A stretch of 64,000 bases of DNA. Origin: Clostridia bacterium. GTDB lineage: Bacteria > Bacillota > Clostridia > UBA1381 > UBA9506. The DNA lies in assembly GCA_045652815.1 (NCBI GenBank), contig JAZOLH010000037.1, forward strand, positions 691 through 64,690, written 5' to 3'. The translations under genes and the position numbers were made by a program. The notes under the pieces were generated by a model. The model was given only the letters and a program-made list of their open reading frames with translations. It ran no database searches and was not told where the DNA came from. Shown in pieces: positions 62,733 through 64,000 of the stretch; positions within the stretch are counted from its first letter, which is position 1, and every line of letters begins with the position of its first letter.

Positions 62733-63992
62733 TTACATTGTTTCTGCATTTATGTAACGGTCTTCAATTTTGGAATAGACAATGGTTTGACTCTTGTATA
62801 AACTGAATCTGCCTGACATCATAAAACTGATGCTGCAGGCCAAAGCAAAGAGCAAAATGCCCTCAGAGCCGAAGACCTCGAGCGCCAAAATGGTGGAGGC
62901 CAGAGGGCAGTTAACCGCACCGCAGAACAGGGCGGTAAAGCCGATGGCGGCGGCAAAACCCGCATCGAGCCCCAAAAGACTTCCGACCACACAACCAAAG
63001 GTTGAGCCGATGAAAAAGGCAGGCACGATTTCGCCACCTTTAAAGCCAACGGAAATGGTGATGGCGGTGAGCAGAATTTTAAGGATAAAGGCTTCGGGAC
63101 GGGCGATGCCTTCTGTAATGGCACGGGTGATCACATCCATACCGGCACCGTTGTAATCAAAGGCACCCGTCATTACATGGATGGCGAGAGAAATCAGCAG
63201 AATCACCGCACCGCCTACCAAACCTCTGATATAGCGGTTGGGGAGCAGTTTTTCGATGGTATGTTCACACTTTTTGATGGATACACAAAACAGAATGCTG
63301 ACCAGTGCACAAAGCACGGAGAGAACAATAACCTGACCCACAGTTGTCAAGGAAATTTCGGGAATGTTGATGCCTGCAAAATGAACAGGATGCAGACCAA
63401 AGGAAAGAGCAAGACGGGAGCCGACAATCGCCGCAAACACACAAGGCACCAAAGCGGCATAATAACTAACGCCAACGGAAACCACTTCCAAAGCAAAAAC
63501 TGCGGCGGTCAGCGGTGTTCCAAAAAGAGCGGCAAACACAGCACTCATACCGGTCATAACCGCAATGTGTAAATCTTTTTTATCCAAATGGAACAGTTTG
63601 CCCGTGTTGTACCCAATGCTACCACCAAGCTGCAGAGCAGCACCTTCACGACCGGCAGAACCGCCCACAAAATGAGTCACAACAGTGCTGATAAAAATCA
63701 GGGGCGCCATTACAAACGGTACCTTATCTTCGGTTTTAACAGCATCCAGCACCCGATTTGTATCCAGTTTGCCGAAACGCTTGCAAAGACCATAAAGAAC
63801 CGCGAGTAGCAAGCCGCCTGCGGGCAGAAGATATAAAACCCAACTATGCTCTGTGCGGTATTCTGTGGCAATATCAATGGCCATATGGAACACGCTACCG
63901 ATAGACCCACCGATTAAACCGATGATGAGCGAAACAAAAATCCATTTTAACAGGGTTTTGCCATATGTCAGAGAATCCTTTATATTACACAA
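62733..63992 (-). CDS. ClC-family voltage-gated chloride channel / H+-Cl- antiporter
   Basis: GSAGREG selectivity motif and GGEIVPAFFIG. The frame stays open to the window edge, so the TTG 63992 start is tentative. Confidence 0.85.
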   Translation of the reverse strand: MCNIKDSLTYGKTLLKWIFVSLIIGLIGGSIGSVFHMAIDIATEYRTEHSWVLYLLPAGGLLLAVLYGLCKRFGKLDTNRVLDAVKTEDKVPFVMAPLIFISTVVTHFVGGSAGREGAALQLGGSIGYNTGKLFHLDKKDLHIAVMTGMSAVFAALFGTPLTAAVFALEVVSVGVSYYAALVPCVFAAIVGSRLALSFGLHPVHFAGINIPEISLTTVGQVIVLSVLCALVSILFCVSIKKCEHTIEKLLPNRYIRGLVGGAVILLISLAIHVMTGAFDYNGAGMDVITRAITEGIARPEAFILKILLTAITISVGFKGGEIVPAFFIGSTFGCVVGSLLGLDAGFAAAIGFTALFCGAVNCPLASTILALEVFGSEGILLFALACSISFMMSGRFSLYKSQTIVYSKIEDRYINAETM

Positions 63993-64000
63993 GATATGTT

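Overview
This is a 64-kb chromosomal segment from a spore-forming Bacillota (Clostridia-like) genome. That assignment rests on Shine-Dalgarno-rich starts, TTG/GTG starts, and many sporulation genes: yqfD, yqfC, ylbJ, yunB, a dacB-like gene, lonB, a SleB-type hydrolase and a DUF1540 gene. I call about 60 protein genes and one tRNA-Thr(UGU). I see no rRNA, CRISPR array, transposase, integrase or phage genes. Main blocks, in order: (1) yqfD-yqfC / ylbJ; (2) the glgB-C-D-A-P glycogen operon and yunB; (3) a YbaK-like deacylase, an M14 peptidase and rubredoxin; (4) a DeoR-regulated, strongly codon-optimised operon encoding a Zn-ADH, an SDR, E2, E3 and a fused E1 alpha-beta of an acetoin/2-oxoacid-dehydrogenase-type complex; (5) a 1185-aa secreted transglutaminase-like protein with nine Big_2 domains (four 510-bp tandem repeats), flanked by identical 32-nt terminators; (6) a 76-aa Cys/Ala-rich ORF with a sigmaK-like promoter; (7) csp, aroF, aroB; (8) an NlpC/P60 peptidase, a purine permease and a PRTase; (9) an EamA transporter, a ferritin-like VIT1 protein and a FliB-like Cys-cluster protein; (10) a ribosome-factor cluster of DUF896, a Tet(M)/EF-G-like GTPase fused to a Rae1/YacP NYN RNase domain, an ABC-F ATPase and a convergent stand-alone RlmN/Cfr-family gene; (11) a SleB-like hydrolase, dtd, comEA, DUF1540 and addA with no adjacent addB; (12) an AraC regulator, tRNA-Thr, rplU-prp-rpmA and an ECF sigma/anti-sigma pair; (13) rluB, dacB, hpf, rubrerythrin and lonB; (14) a minus-strand operon of membrane protein, SigB/F/G-type sigma, Eis-like GNAT, trmFO and pcrA; (15) a ClC channel. 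The strongest candidate for something undescribed is the GTPase-NYN fusion and its ribosome-centred neighbourhood. Secondary candidates are the fused-E1 dehydrogenase operon and the small Cys-rich sporulation-type ORF. All family assignments come from reading motifs in the translations. No database search was run.
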